Counted from the stretch's first letter, positions 23,569 through 34,397 are shown. The stretch: DNA of 60,788 bases from a bacterium (GCA_021827685.1 JAKAUM010000012.1:1-60788), one strand, 5' to 3'. Numbers and translations: made by a program. The notes: generated by a model not told the origin, from the sequence alone.

Positions 23569-24801
23569 CTAGGCCAGGCTCTCGAATCCCTCGAGCGCCG
23601 GCGCCTTGCTGTGCTCGCGCACCTTCTCGAGCGCCTTCGCCTCGATCTGCCGGATGCGCTCGCGCGTCACCCCGAAGGACTTGCCGACCTCTTCCAGCGT
23701 GTGGCTCACGCCGTCGTCCAGCCCGAACCGCATTTTGAGGATATCCTGCTCGCGCTCGGTGAGGTCGATCATTATTTCCTTAATAAGATCGCGGAGCATC
23801 GCCCGCGCGGTGAGCTGGGACGGCGTGGCGTTCTTCTCGTCCGGGATGAAATCGGACAGCGTGGAGTCCTCTTCGTCGCCGATCGGCGTTTCGATGGACA
23901 GCACTTCCTGGGAAATCTTCTGGATATGGCGCACCTTGTCCACGTCCACGCCCATTTCCGCCGCCACCTCCTCGGCGAGCGGGTCGCGGCCGAGCTCCTG
24001 GATCAGCTGGCGGCGCACCTGCGTATATTTGGAAATGGTTTCCACCATATGCACGGGAATGCGGACCGTGCGCGACTGGTCGGCGAGCGCGCGCGTAATC
24101 GCCTGGCGGATCCACCAGGTCGCATACGTGGAAAACTTAAAGCCGCGGCGGTAATCGAATTTTTCCACGGCGCGCGAGAGGCCGATATTCCCTTCCTGGA
24201 TGAGATCGAGGATGGAAAGGTGCGGCGTGCGGTTCACGTAGCGCTTCGCAATCGAGACCACGAGGCGGAGGTTCGCCTTCATGAGCTTCTGGCGCGCTTC
24301 CTCGTCGCCCTTCTCCGCGCGCTTCGCAAGCTCGCGTTCTTCGTCCTTCGTGAGAAGCGGCGTTTTCCCGATTTCCTTGAGATACATCTGCACCGCGTCC
24401 GGCACCTCGCCCTCGAACGCGAGCGAGTCGTCGATCTCCGCGCCGGCTTCGCCCTTCGAAATATCGATAAGCGCGCTCGTTTCAATCACCTTGATGCCCG
24501 CCTGCTCGAGGCGATGATACACCTCGTCGAGGAGCGCCACGTTGTCCTCCACGTTGGGGAAATAATAGAGGATTTCGTTGTCCGTCACGAATCCGCGCGG
24601 GCGGCCGCGTTCAACAAGTTCGTTTATCTCGGCGGCATGCTTCGCAAGCCCCTGATCAAGTTTGGAAAGGGGTTTTTTGCGCTTGGTTTTCGCCGGGCGC
24701 GCTTTTCCGGCCGGGCTTTTTGCGCCTTTTTTGGCGCCCGCGCGCCGCCGGAGGGCGCCGGATTTCCCGGGTTTCCTGTGCTTTTGATCTTTTTTTCTCA
24801 T
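23569..24801 (-). CDS. rpoD: RNA polymerase primary sigma factor (sigma-70 family)
   Basis: Region 2: [40 protein letters not shown]. Region 4: [24 protein letters not shown]. Confidence 0.95.
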   Translation of the reverse strand: MRKKDQKHRKPGKSGALRRRAGAKKGAKSPAGKARPAKTKRKKPLSKLDQGLAKHAAEINELVERGRPRGFVTDNEILYYFPNVEDNVALLDEVYHRLEQAGIKVIETSALIDISKGEAGAEIDDSLAFEGEVPDAVQMYLKEIGKTPLLTKDEERELAKRAEKGDEEARQKLMKANLRLVVSIAKRYVNRTPHLSILDLIQEGNIGLSRAVEKFDYRRGFKFSTYATWWIRQAITRALADQSRTVRIPVHMVETISKYTQVRRQLIQELGRDPLAEEVAAEMGVDVDKVRHIQKISQEVLSIETPIGDEEDSTLSDFIPDEKNATPSQLTARAMLRDLIKEIMIDLTEREQDILKMRFGLDDGVSHTLEEVGKSFGVTRERIRQIEAKALEKVREHSKAPALEGFESLA

Positions 24802-24833
24802 AGGAGGGGCATCAAATAATACCTAATTATAAT

Positions 24834-26633
24834 CTATTTTTCATCATTCGGCAATGCGGACGGGAGCTCGCCGAGCGCCTTGAGCGCCGCCGCGAGCTCC
24901 GCTTCGTTTCCCTGCGCCTCGGCATCCCTCACGGTTCTCGCAAGCGCGGCGCGGCGCTCTCTATAGTATTCCTTCGCAAGCTCCCGCTTCAGCGCCGATA
25001 TTTCTTCCGGCGCCAGGCGGTCCGCCGCACGGAGGGTTATAATGCCGATCCTCTCATCCAAACTCGGATCTTCGCTCCTCCGCGCGCCGCTTTTCAGCAT
25101 GCGGAATATTTCCTTGTCCGCGGCGTCGAAATATTCCGCGCAGTCGTCGAGAAGCGGAAGATCATCCGCGGCGAGCGCGGCGGCAAAAAGCTCCTCCGCG
25201 ATGAGTCCCGCGCGCGGCGCGGCGCGCTTCGCCTCCGCGGCGTCGTCGCGCGGAGCGTTCCCCGCGGCGGGCGCGGAGGCGGCCTTCGCCGCTTCTTCCG
25301 CGAGGGTCCGCCCGGGGATGCCGGTTCTCGCCGAAAGTTCGGCGAACCACGACTCGCGGAGCACGGGGCTCGCGATATGCGAAAGTTTTCCGAGGACGGC
25401 GCGGAGCGCGCGGAGGCCTTCGCGCGTCCTGAACGCCGCGCTCCCGCCCGCGCGGATATCCGCTTCTTTCGGGAGATATTTTCCAAAATAGAACGCCGGC
25501 GCCGGCATGGCGGCGTCGTAAGCGCGCCGGACATTCGCCGGATCCGCCTGCGCCGCGTCCGCCGCGTCCTTATATCCTTCAATCACAGCGACTTTCACCT
25601 CGAAATCCTCCGCCTCGCTGAGGTCGATCGCCCGTTCCGCCGCGTCCATTCCCGCCGCGTCGCCGTCGAACGAGATAACGAGCGTGTCGGCAACGCGGCG
25701 AAGGGCGCGCAGATGATCCGCCGTGAGCGCCGTACCGGAGCTTGCCACCGCGTTTTTCATCCCCGACTGCCATGACATCAGGAAATCCATCTGCCCTTCC
25801 ACGAGAAACGCGGTTTTTGCCTCCCGGATGGCGTCTTTGCTTTTCCAGAACCCGTACAGGAGCTGTGATTTCCGGAAAATGGGCGTTTCGGGGCTGTTCG
25901 CATATTTCGCGACCTCCGCGCCGGAGGGCGCCTCGCGGCCAGGCGCGCCGGCGCGCCTGGCCGCGAGGCGCTGTTCCACCTGCGGCAGAATGCGGCCGGT
26001 GAATCCGACCACCTTGCCGATATGATTATGGATCGGGAACATGATGCGGCCGCGGAAACGATCCAGCATGAGCCCGCGTTCGGTTTTTATGGAAAGCCCC
26101 GCCTGGACGAGATCCTGCGGCGACGCGCCGCCGTTCAAAAGATGCATCGAGAGCGCTTCCGGCTCGTCGGGCGCCCAGCCGAGCTCGAACGTTTCCGCCG
26201 TTTCCTGCGCGAGCCCGCGCGCCGCAAGATATTCCCGCGCGACCGGCGCCGCCGCGAGCGCCTTCCTGAAATATTTCTTCGCCGCTTCGTTCAGGTCATA
26301 GAGGACGCCCGCATAACGGTACTCGGCCTGATTCTCGCGCCGCAATTCCACGCCCGCCTTTTCCGCAAGCATGCGGAGCGCCTCGCCGAATTCGAGATTC
26401 TCGTAGCGCATCGCGAATCCGAAAATATCGCCTCCCGTGTTGCAACCGAAACAATGCCACGACTGGCGGTCGGGAGAAATCATGAAGGACGGCGTCTTTT
26501 CCCGATGGAAGGGGCAAAGCGCTTTAAAATTCCTCCCCGCGGGCGTGAGCGTCAAATATCCGCGCAAGAACTCGACGATGTCTAGCTTGCTTTTAATGAG
26601 CTCCGTGGTCGAGGAAGGCATCGCGTATGCCAT
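24834..26633 (-). CDS. dnaG: DNA primase
   Basis: Zinc ribbon: CPFHREKTPSFMISPDRQSWHCFGCNTGGD. TOPRIM: FLVEGQMDFL. I place the start at the ATG at 26633, because the track extension to 26759 reads through the tRNA-Gly gene. Confidence 0.9.
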   Translation of the reverse strand: MAYAMPSSTTELIKSKLDIVEFLRGYLTLTPAGRNFKALCPFHREKTPSFMISPDRQSWHCFGCNTGGDIFGFAMRYENLEFGEALRMLAEKAGVELRRENQAEYRYAGVLYDLNEAAKKYFRKALAAAPVAREYLAARGLAQETAETFELGWAPDEPEALSMHLLNGGASPQDLVQAGLSIKTERGLMLDRFRGRIMFPIHNHIGKVVGFTGRILPQVEQRLAARRAGAPGREAPSGAEVAKYANSPETPIFRKSQLLYGFWKSKDAIREAKTAFLVEGQMDFLMSWQSGMKNAVASSGTALTADHLRALRRVADTLVISFDGDAAGMDAAERAIDLSEAEDFEVKVAVIEGYKDAADAAQADPANVRRAYDAAMPAPAFYFGKYLPKEADIRAGGSAAFRTREGLRALRAVLGKLSHIASPVLRESWFAELSARTGIPGRTLAEEAAKAASAPAAGNAPRDDAAEAKRAAPRAGLIAEELFAAALAADDLPLLDDCAEYFDAADKEIFRMLKSGARRSEDPSLDERIGIITLRAADRLAPEEISALKRELAKEYYRERRAALARTVRDAEAQGNEAELAAALKALGELPSALPNDEK

Positions 26634-26681
26634 GAGTGTACGGCAAAAGAGATACCCCGGCAAACCGCGGCGGAATCTTTG

Positions 26682-26752
26682 AGCGGGATACGAGAATCGA
26701 ACTCGCGTCTCCTGCTTGGGAAGCAGGCGTACTGCCACTGTACTAATCCCGC
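26682..26752 (-). tRNA. tRNA-Gly (anticodon CCC)
   Basis: Minus strand: GCGGGAT...CCTGC-TTCCCAA-GCAGG...GAGTTCGATTCTC...ATCCCGC-T. The cloverleaf was folded by hand. No CCA is encoded. Confidence 0.85.
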
Positions 26753-26828
26753 GCCGCAACCGCGCTCCAGAATATTATCCGAAACGGCGGGGGCTTGTCT
26801 AACGCGCGCCGCGGCGCGCGTCCCCTCG

Positions 26829-27137
26829 CTATCCGCCCGTCGACGTCGCGCCCGTCGGCGTCGTGGAAGAAGCCGCCGGGGGGACGATGACGATCATGGT
26901 CTCGCCCGGCTTCTTATAGTTGAAACGCGCGCGCAGCTCCTTTTCCAGATTGAGCGGGTTCGCGAGATATTGCACTTCTTCCTGCAGATTCACCTCGTCG
27001 GTTTTCGCCTGAGAGAGGCGTGTTTCCGCCGCGGCGAGCTCCGCCGAAAGCCCCCTCTCTTCCGCGAAAAACGTCCATACGCGGCCGGCGACGAGGGCGA
27101 GCACGACCGCGAGGACGATGATTGCCGCGATCTTCAT
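26829..27137 (-). CDS. ftsB: FtsB/DivIC-like septum formation initiator
   Basis: 102 aa with an N-terminal TM segment, a coiled coil, and the motif LEKELRARFNYKKPGETMIVI. Confidence 0.65.
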   Translation of the reverse strand: MKIAAIIVLAVVLALVAGRVWTFFAEERGLSAELAAAETRLSQAKTDEVNLQEEVQYLANPLNLEKELRARFNYKKPGETMIVIVPPAASSTTPTGATSTGG

Positions 27138-27209
27138 GCTTCCAGTGTAGCAGAATCGCAGGCGGTTTACAGCCGGCGGCGGAATTGAGAGAATAAAAAT
27201 GCACCGATC

Positions 27210-28424
27210 ATGGCTTCATCCTCCGCTTGCGAGCACTGCGCGCCCTACAAACCCCGCCATTTCGAAAACTGGCTGGATGACGTCCTCGCGCTCTTGATTC
27301 ATCCTTTCTTCGGGCGCATCACGCCCGCGCCGGTCGCCGCGCGTTTCACCGATACGGCGATTACGAACGCCCTCGTTTTCTTCGGCATCGTCCGCCCGGA
27401 ACGCGATTTCCCCCTCGGGAAGATCAATCCGATTGCGGCGATTTTCATCAAACGCGGGCAGGCGCGGGGCCTCGCGTTCGAAGCCCTGCGCGGCCCTTCC
27501 GGCTATCTCACGTTCTTCCGGATGTGCGCAGGCGGGCGGATGCGCGTGATAGACCGCCTGCCGGGCGCCGGCGCCAATACGTTCCTCGCGGACGACAAAT
27601 GGCGCGTAAAGCGGGAGCTTTTGAAATCGGGATATCCCGTAGCGCCGGGGCGCGCGTTCTGGTGGTTCGAAAGGCGGCGCGCGGCGCGCTACGCGGCGTC
27701 GCTCGGCTTCCCTGTGGTCGTAAAGCCGCGCCGCGGATCCCTGAGCCAGCACATGTTCGTCGTAAAAGACGGCGGCCGCCTTGCGGGCGCCGTCCGCAGC
27801 GTTTCCTCTTACGCGCCCGCGTTCCTCATCGAAAAGTTCGTGCCCGGCGCCACGCTCTACCGCGCAACCGTCGTGGATCCTCCCGCAACCGCAACGAAAG
27901 AAAACGGCGGAGGGCGCGGCGGCGGGAAAAGAGTGTTTGTCGTGAAGCGCCTGCCGCAGGCGGTCACGGGCGACGGCGAAAACACGCTCCTGGCTCTCGC
28001 CCGGAATGCGGGCTTCGACCTGCGCCGGCTTGACCGTGAGTTTCTCAAGGAACAGGGCGCCGCGGCGGACGGCATAATTCCGCGGGGCAAAAGGGTCTCC
28101 CTCCACCGAAAAGCGGTGATGGCGCTCCATTCGGAAATCGTACCGGTCCCGCCAGGGGAAGTTCATCAGTCCATCCTCGCCATGTGCCGCAGTATCGCGG
28201 AACGCTTCGCCCTGCCGCTCGTCGGCATCGATATCCTCATGCGAGACCACCGCATTCCGCTCGGCGCGCAGGATGCCGCGGTGCTTGAACTCAATACGCT
28301 TCCCAATATCGTCATGCACACGTTCGTGAAAGAAGGCCGCGAAGAAAACGAAGTCGCGGACGCGCTCGTCGATCTCGCCGCGGGGGCGCCCGCCGGACCC
28401 GCTACTTCTTCAATATCTCCCTGA
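27210..28424 (+). CDS. ATP-grasp domain protein (cyanophycin-synthetase/RimK-like ligase fold)
   Basis: Motifs: DDKWRVKRELLKSGYPVAPG, LGFPVVVKPRRGSLSQHMFVV, IEKFVPGATLYRATVV, VTGDGENTL. The 3' end overlaps lepA convergently by 23 nt. Confidence 0.6.
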   Translation: MASSSACEHCAPYKPRHFENWLDDVLALLIHPFFGRITPAPVAARFTDTAITNALVFFGIVRPERDFPLGKINPIAAIFIKRGQARGLAFEALRGPSGYLTFFRMCAGGRMRVIDRLPGAGANTFLADDKWRVKRELLKSGYPVAPGRAFWWFERRRAARYAASLGFPVVVKPRRGSLSQHMFVVKDGGRLAGAVRSVSSYAPAFLIEKFVPGATLYRATVVDPPATATKENGGGRGGGKRVFVVKRLPQAVTGDGENTLLALARNAGFDLRRLDREFLKEQGAAADGIIPRGKRVSLHRKAVMALHSEIVPVPPGEVHQSILAMCRSIAERFALPLVGIDILMRDHRIPLGAQDAAVLELNTLPNIVMHTFVKEGREENEVADALVDLAAGAPAGPATSSISP

Positions 28425-30252
28425 ATACTTCCGGCGTGAGCTCCACGCGGGCCATGCCCTGGAGCTTTTCTTTCCCGCGCTTCTGCTTCTTCCAAAGTTT
28501 CATCTTCCGGGTCCTGTCGCCGCCGGTCTTCCCGAAATTGCCGAGGAGCTTCTTCATCGCCGGGATCGTTTCGCGCGCGATGATGCGGCCCATCGCCTGC
28601 GCCTGAATCGCCTGTACGAACTGCTCCTTCGGTAAAAGCTCCTTTAGTCGCTCGACGGTCTGGCGCCCCTCGCGCTCAAGGTCCTTCCGCGGCACGATGC
28701 GCGTGAGCGCGGGCACCGTTTCCCCGACGATCAGAATTTCCAGCTTTTCCACGTCCGCTTCGCGCTCGCCCGCGATCTCGTACGTGAACGAGGCGTATCC
28801 CTGCGTCGCGGACTTCAGCCGGTCGTCGAAATCTCGGATCAGCTCGCGGAGCGGCATGTCGGCTTCGATAAGCAGGTTCTCGCCGAAATTCTTTATCTCT
28901 TTCACTTCCAGGTCGAACACCGTCCTTAAATTCACGACGGCGCTCAGGTACTTTTGAGGCGCGAGGATTTCAAGCGCCACGATCGGCTCCCATGTTTTTT
29001 CCGGCTTCATCGGAAAATTCTGCGGCTGTTTTACGACGCTCGTTTCCCCGCGGTCCCTCACGCGGTAAGCGATGGACGGAAAGCTCGTGAGAAACGATAT
29101 GCCGTACTCGCGCTCGAGCCGGCTCGCCGTAATCTCGAAATGGAGCTGCCCAAGAAAACCGGCCTTGAGGCCCCGGCCCAGCGCCTCGTTCGCGTCCGGC
29201 TCGAAAGCAAGCGCCGCGTCGTTCAGGCGAAGTTTTTCGAACGCGCGCTTCAGGTCGTCGAATTTCGTGTCGCCGTCGGGATAGAAAGAGACGAACACCA
29301 CGGCGCCCGGTTCGCGGTAGCCCGGGAGGCCGCTGGCCGGCGACCGATCATCGAGCACGAGCGTATCGCCGATCTTTACGAGCGACGGATCCTTGAGCCC
29401 CGTCGCCACATAGCCGATTTCTCCGTCGCGGAGTTCCGGCGCGGCCTTGAGGTCGGGAAGGAAATAACCGACTTCTTTCGGCTTGAACGCGGCGCCCGTC
29501 GCAAGGAATTTCATGTCCTCCGCGCGGAACTTTCCCCCGAATACGCGGACGAACGCGATGATCCCCTTGTGATCGTCGTAAAGCGAATCGAAAACGAGGG
29601 CCCGGGCGCCCCCCCCGCCCGCCGCCCGGGCGGCGGGCGGGGGGGGCGGCACCTTCCCGATCACCGCGCTGAGCAGTTCCTTCACGCCTGCGCCGGTCTT
29701 CGCGGAAACGCGGAATACGTCGCCGCGGGCGACGCCGAGGAGCTCCGCGGCCGCCTCCGCCACCTTGTCGATCTGCGGCAGGGCAAGATCGATCTTGTTC
29801 ACCGCGGGAACGATCGCGAGGCCCGCCTTCCGCGCGGCGCGGAGATTGGAAAGCGTCTGCGCCTGGATCCCCTTCGTACCGTCGATGAGAAGGATGGCTC
29901 CCTCCACCGCCGCGAGCGCGCGGGAAACCTCGTAGGAAAAATCGGAGTGTCCCGGCGTGTCGATAAGATTCAAGACATATTTCCCGGCGCCGTCCGCGCC
30001 GCCCGCCGAGTCCGCGCCGCCCGCCGGAACCCCGCCGTCCGCGCCAGATGAAACTTCCGGCGCATATTCCATCCTGACGGGCGCCATCTTTATCGTAATT
30101 CCCCGCTCGCGCTCCAGCGGAAGACGGTCGAGATACTGCGGCTTCATGGAACGCGCGGGCACCGTCCCCGTGATCTCCAAAAGCCGGTCCGCGAGCGTGG
30201 ACTTTCCGGAATCGATATGCGCGATGATGACGAAATTGCGAATTTGCTCCAT
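28402..30252 (-). CDS. lepA: elongation factor 4 (LepA)
   Basis: IRNFVIIAHIDSGKSTLADRLL, LNLIDTPGHSDF, and the LepA C-terminal domain ...QKRGKEKLQGMARVELT. Confidence 0.95.
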   Translation of the reverse strand: MEQIRNFVIIAHIDSGKSTLADRLLEITGTVPARSMKPQYLDRLPLERERGITIKMAPVRMEYAPEVSSGADGGVPAGGADSAGGADGAGKYVLNLIDTPGHSDFSYEVSRALAAVEGAILLIDGTKGIQAQTLSNLRAARKAGLAIVPAVNKIDLALPQIDKVAEAAAELLGVARGDVFRVSAKTGAGVKELLSAVIGKVPPPPPAARAAGGGGARALVFDSLYDDHKGIIAFVRVFGGKFRAEDMKFLATGAAFKPKEVGYFLPDLKAAPELRDGEIGYVATGLKDPSLVKIGDTLVLDDRSPASGLPGYREPGAVVFVSFYPDGDTKFDDLKRAFEKLRLNDAALAFEPDANEALGRGLKAGFLGQLHFEITASRLEREYGISFLTSFPSIAYRVRDRGETSVVKQPQNFPMKPEKTWEPIVALEILAPQKYLSAVVNLRTVFDLEVKEIKNFGENLLIEADMPLRELIRDFDDRLKSATQGYASFTYEIAGEREADVEKLEILIVGETVPALTRIVPRKDLEREGRQTVERLKELLPKEQFVQAIQAQAMGRIIARETIPAMKKLLGNFGKTGGDRTRKMKLWKKQKRGKEKLQGMARVELTPEVFREILKK

Positions 30253-30282
30253 GTTGGGTTGGGTCGGGCCCGCGCCCGGATA

Positions 30283-32322
30283 TTATATTTTCCTTAGCGT
30301 AAGACTGACGATGAGCCGTCCGGGCGGATCATCCGAGCGGTAAGTATACGAGGCAAGGCCGTTTTCGGCGAATACATAGCCGAGCGGCGCGTCGATTTCG
30401 TAGGAATACGAGCGCGCCGTTCCCGCCTGCTTTTCGAAAACGAACTGGTATTGGACGCCCGCCGCGGGCAGCGTAAACAGCTTCCGCGTGTAATACAGCA
30501 AAAACTTCGACGAGCCGCCGGGCCGGAGGAACGACCACGTCGAGAATACCTGTTTGCCGTCCTCCGCATGCCACGCGACCCCGGGGTACGCAAAGAGCGT
30601 CTGGGTACTCGATTCGATCGCGGCGACGAGCGGGTCCGTCGAGTAGCCCGCGCGGGCGTAATTGAGCGGCGGCGTGATCCGCACGGCTTCCCCTCCCTCG
30701 GCGTTCTGGAGTACGGCGCCTGGCGCCACGAACACTTGGAGATAATCGCGGTTGGGCACGCGATTCCACCAATAGGTTCCCTGTCCCGCGTGATCCGCGC
30801 GCGAGACCGCGACCTCGGCGGTCAGCGTTCCTCCGGCGCCGATCTCGGCAGTGTAAGAAACGGTGCTTGAGACGTAAGTATCGGATTTCCCGCCGCCCGC
30901 GTTCGCATCCACGACCGCGAGATAGTCGCCGTTGAACCTATGGGGCAGGGCATAGACGTCGCCGCCCGCGCCGTAGAGCTCCGCAAAGCTCTCCAGGCCC
31001 GGGTCGGTGAAATACGCCATGACATCCTTTTTAGCCACCCAGTCGAGGAGCATCGCGAAGAGCTCCTGCTTCCCCGCATCGTCAAGCGCGCTGAGTTTCG
31101 TGAAGATCGCCTGCGCAAGGTCGCGGAGCACCTGTTTCGGATAGGTCGCGGAGGAGGCCTGGCCCTCCTGCACGTACTCCTGCGTCTTTGCAAGAAAGTT
31201 CTCCGCGGTGAACGTCGTCGTGGGATGCCCCGCGGCGACCGGCCCCGTCACCGAGAGGATGTCGCTCACTACTTTGGGCGAGACGGCGATCGCGCCGTCG
31301 AACGAAGTGGAGGAATTCGCATAAAGGCCCGATTCGTCGAAAAATTTTATTGTTTCGGACGCAGAGGTCGGAAAATCAAAAAACCAGTTCGCGTCGGCCG
31401 GGCGGAACCGGGAGACGGCGATCTGCAGGGGTTCCGGCGGCACGATTTTCGGCGCAAACGACGCATCCACGCCCGCAATATCGTGGATGTCCGCACGCTC
31501 CACGCTCCCGCTCGCAATCACGAGGTCGGCATAGCTCCCGAGGAAACCGCCCGCGGGGCGCAGTTCCGACGGATTCTGGAACATGATAAGGAGGTGGCGG
31601 GGGCGGGGCGACGAGAGCCACGGGATGAGGTCACCGAGGAAGGATCCGGCGCCTGCAAGCTCGGATTTCATGGCAAGATAAGCATTAGTGCCGACGATGC
31701 GCGCGGCGGCGTCCGGCGGAAGCGCGGCCGCAAGTTCCGTATCCGCGGACTGGATCGCGTCAATCGTGGCGCGCAACCGGACAAGCGACGCGACGAACGG
31801 CGCGCCGTTGCCGCCGAGGAAAAACCCCTGAGAGCTCGAGGCGGCGTCGCCGACTTCCCCCGAAAAGAGCGCCAGCTGGGCTGCAAGATTGCCGAACGAA
31901 ACCGCTTCCTCGCGCGCGTTGCCGAAAATGGAGCCGAAGGCGCCGAAAAGCGCGCCCGCGTCGGAAGGAGAAACGTCCTGCAGGGAGGAAAATTCTTTTG
32001 CCGCGCCCGAGGCGTCGAGGTTTTCCAGATCCGCAATCCCCGCCCGCAGCGCTCCCGTATCTTTATTGATGGCCGCGTCCGCTTCGCGTTTTGCGGTGTA
32101 AAAGGACGCGGCGGCGAATCCCGCAACGAAAAGCGCCGCAAGCCCGGCGGCTCCCCATACGACGCTCCGGGGGAGCGCGCGGCGGACGCGCGCGTCCGCC
32201 GCGCGCCGGCCGGCCGGGGCGCGCTCGAACGTCTTATCCTCCGGTTCCGCCCCGATCAGTTTCGCGAAGCCGGCCGGCTTCACTTCGTCTTCTTTATGAA
32301 ACCAGAACCGCCGCATAGCCAT
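30283..32322 (-). CDS. DUF4012-like membrane-anchored protein
   Basis: 679 aa with an N-terminal TM segment. The signature LLIMFQNPSELRPAGGFLGSYADL matches the DUF4012 family as I recall it. Confidence 0.65.
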   Translation of the reverse strand: MAMRRFWFHKEDEVKPAGFAKLIGAEPEDKTFERAPAGRRAADARVRRALPRSVVWGAAGLAALFVAGFAAASFYTAKREADAAINKDTGALRAGIADLENLDASGAAKEFSSLQDVSPSDAGALFGAFGSIFGNAREEAVSFGNLAAQLALFSGEVGDAASSSQGFFLGGNGAPFVASLVRLRATIDAIQSADTELAAALPPDAAARIVGTNAYLAMKSELAGAGSFLGDLIPWLSSPRPRHLLIMFQNPSELRPAGGFLGSYADLVIASGSVERADIHDIAGVDASFAPKIVPPEPLQIAVSRFRPADANWFFDFPTSASETIKFFDESGLYANSSTSFDGAIAVSPKVVSDILSVTGPVAAGHPTTTFTAENFLAKTQEYVQEGQASSATYPKQVLRDLAQAIFTKLSALDDAGKQELFAMLLDWVAKKDVMAYFTDPGLESFAELYGAGGDVYALPHRFNGDYLAVVDANAGGGKSDTYVSSTVSYTAEIGAGGTLTAEVAVSRADHAGQGTYWWNRVPNRDYLQVFVAPGAVLQNAEGGEAVRITPPLNYARAGYSTDPLVAAIESSTQTLFAYPGVAWHAEDGKQVFSTWSFLRPGGSSKFLLYYTRKLFTLPAAGVQYQFVFEKQAGTARSYSYEIDAPLGYVFAENGLASYTYRSDDPPGRLIVSLTLRKI

Positions 32323-32396
32323 ATTATACAGGAAAACCGCGCGGAAAACGGCGCAAAGAACCTGCGCCGCGGCGCGCGCCTTGCTATAATAAGGGC

Positions 32397-34397
32397 ATGT
32401 TCAGGAAAGCAACCTCGATTTTTGCGCGCTGGGCGCTCGTCCTTATCTGCCTCGCCGCATTCTCGTTCATGTGGTTCGCCGCCCGCGGCGATTCGGCCAT
32501 CATGGACGAGCTCGCCCACATCCCCGCGGGCTACGGCTACGTGCATAATCTCGACTACCGCCTGAATCCCGAGCATCCGCCGCTCGTAAAAGCCCTCGCG
32601 ATGCTGCCGGTCCTATTCCTCAACCCCGTGTTCCCGACGCAAAGCGCGGCATGGCTTACGGAAGTGAACGGCGAGTGGGACATGGGCACGCAATTCCTTT
32701 ATCAGTCGGGCAACCACGCCAGCGCGATCATCGATACCGCGCGCATTTTCCCGATGATCATCACGCTTCTCCTTATTATCTTCACTTATGCGCTCGCGAG
32801 CCTCGTCATGGGCGATTTATGGGCGCTTCTCCCCGCCGTCCTCGTCGGCTTTTCGCCGAACTTCCTCGGGAACGGACATTACGTCACGACGGACGTCGGC
32901 GCCGCGTTCGGCGTGGTATTCGCCTTCTATTATTTCCTGAAATTCGCCGGCTCGCCGTCGCACCGGCGCCTCTGGGCCGCCGGGCTCGCATTCGGAGTGG
33001 CGCAGATCACAAAATTCTCCGCACCCTTTATCGCCATCATTTTCGTATTCCTCGCCATCGTCTTTTGGATCCGCGACCTCGCCGCGCGGCGGCGGGCGCC
33101 ATGGCGCTGGATCCCGCGCATTTTCTTCATAATCGTGATTGGGTATGCTTTCGTCGTCTATCCCGCGTATCTCCTCTTTACCCTGCATTACCCCGTGGCG
33201 CGGCAGGTTTCGGATACGACGGCAATCCTCGGATCCTTCGCCGGCGGCCCGCCCGCCGCCGGCACCGCATGCCATTTCATGCGCTGTATCGCGGATGCGG
33301 ACGTCTGGATGGCCGGGAATCCCGTCCTGCGGCCCCTTGCGGAATACCTCCTCGGAATCCTCATGGTGTTCCAGCGCATCTCCGGCGGCAATACGATCTA
33401 TTTCCTCGGCCATGTCGCTCAGGACGGCGGATGGATCTATTTCCCGCTCCTCTTCCTTATTAAGGAGCCGATTCCCACGCTCATTATTATTTTCGTCGCG
33501 CTCGCACTCGGCCTGTATTGGATCCTCCGGCCGGAGCCGCCGGGCGGGCGGCGGCGCGGACGGCGCATCAGGGACTATCTCGACGAACATTTCGCCGAAT
33601 TTTCGATGGCTTCGTTCGTTATTTTTTATTGGGGCTACAGCATACATAGCACCCTGAACATCGGCATCCGGCACCTCCTTCCCACGATCCCGCTCATCTA
33701 TATCCTTGCGGCAGGGGTCTGGAAGAAATGGGTCTCGCGCGCAAGCCTGCCGCCGGCGGGCGGCGGCGATTCGCTCGCGGCCATAATGGCGATGGCCGGC
33801 GCCGCCGCCCGCTCTTTCATCGTTTCCGCCGCCAAATATGCCGTGCTCGTCATGCTCGTCATCTGGCTTTTCCTCGAAACCGCGTTCGCCGCGCCGTACT
33901 TCCTCTCGTATTTCAATGAATTCGCCGGCGGGACATGGAACGGGTACCATTTCGTCACCGATTCCAATTACGACTGGGGGCAGGATCTCCTCCGGCTCCG
34001 GACGTGGGCGGACGCCCATCCAACGGCGGGGCCGATTGCCGTCGATTATTTCGGCGGCGGCGATCCCTCCTATTACCTCGGCGCGCGCGAGATAAACTGG
34101 TCTTCCGCAAAGGGAAATCCCGCGAATCACGGCATCCGCTGGCTCGCGGTCTCGGTAAACACGCTGGAGCAGGCAGTGTCGCCGCCCGCGCCCGGAGAGA
34201 CGCCCTTCAATGCTTCCGCTACATATTCCTGGCTTACCGCGATCCGCCCGCCCGCCACGACGACCTCCCTGCTCGGCACGCTTCTCGGCAACCCGCGCAT
34301 GGGAGATCTTCCGCCGCCGGATGCCCGGGCCGGAACTTCGATTTTCCTCTATCACCTTGCACCGAACGCGAGCAGTACGCCGGCAGCAGGCCGCTAA
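32397..34397 (+). CDS. GT-C fold glycosyltransferase (family 39 PMT/ArnT-like)
   Basis: 666 aa and polytopic. The first loop carries the DE motif (MDELAHIPAGYGY), and multiple TM segments follow. Confidence 0.7.
   Translation: MFRKATSIFARWALVLICLAAFSFMWFAARGDSAIMDELAHIPAGYGYVHNLDYRLNPEHPPLVKALAMLPVLFLNPVFPTQSAAWLTEVNGEWDMGTQFLYQSGNHASAIIDTARIFPMIITLLLIIFTYALASLVMGDLWALLPAVLVGFSPNFLGNGHYVTTDVGAAFGVVFAFYYFLKFAGSPSHRRLWAAGLAFGVAQITKFSAPFIAIIFVFLAIVFWIRDLAARRRAPWRWIPRIFFIIVIGYAFVVYPAYLLFTLHYPVARQVSDTTAILGSFAGGPPAAGTACHFMRCIADADVWMAGNPVLRPLAEYLLGILMVFQRISGGNTIYFLGHVAQDGGWIYFPLLFLIKEPIPTLIIIFVALALGLYWILRPEPPGGRRRGRRIRDYLDEHFAEFSMASFVIFYWGYSIHSTLNIGIRHLLPTIPLIYILAAGVWKKWVSRASLPPAGGGDSLAAIMAMAGAAARSFIVSAAKYAVLVMLVIWLFLETAFAAPYFLSYFNEFAGGTWNGYHFVTDSNYDWGQDLLRLRTWADAHPTAGPIAVDYFGGGDPSYYLGAREINWSSAKGNPANHGIRWLAVSVNTLEQAVSPPAPGETPFNASATYSWLTAIRPPATTTSLLGTLLGNPRMGDLPPPDARAGTSIFLYHLAPNASSTPAAGR

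Noticed and set aside
20455-24819. Long plus-strand ORFs 20455..21702, 22082..23572 and 23611..24819
   Set aside because: They are antisense to the FtsA-like gene, alaS and rpoD respectively. Their Arg-rich low-complexity translations have no motifs.
26634-26759. N-terminal 42-aa extension of the dnaG ORF in the six-frame track
   Set aside because: The extension (MRRGISTVAVRLLPKQETRVRFSYPA...) is a read-through of the tRNA-Gly(CCC) gene on the same strand. The primase starts at the ATG at 26633.
27216-34355. Long ORFs 27216..28319(-), 28954..30051(+), 30940..32565(+) and 32817..34355(-)
   Set aside because: They are antisense shadows of the ATP-grasp gene, lepA, the DUF4012 gene and the GT-C glycosyltransferase. 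The opposite strands carry recognisable family motifs or TM architecture.
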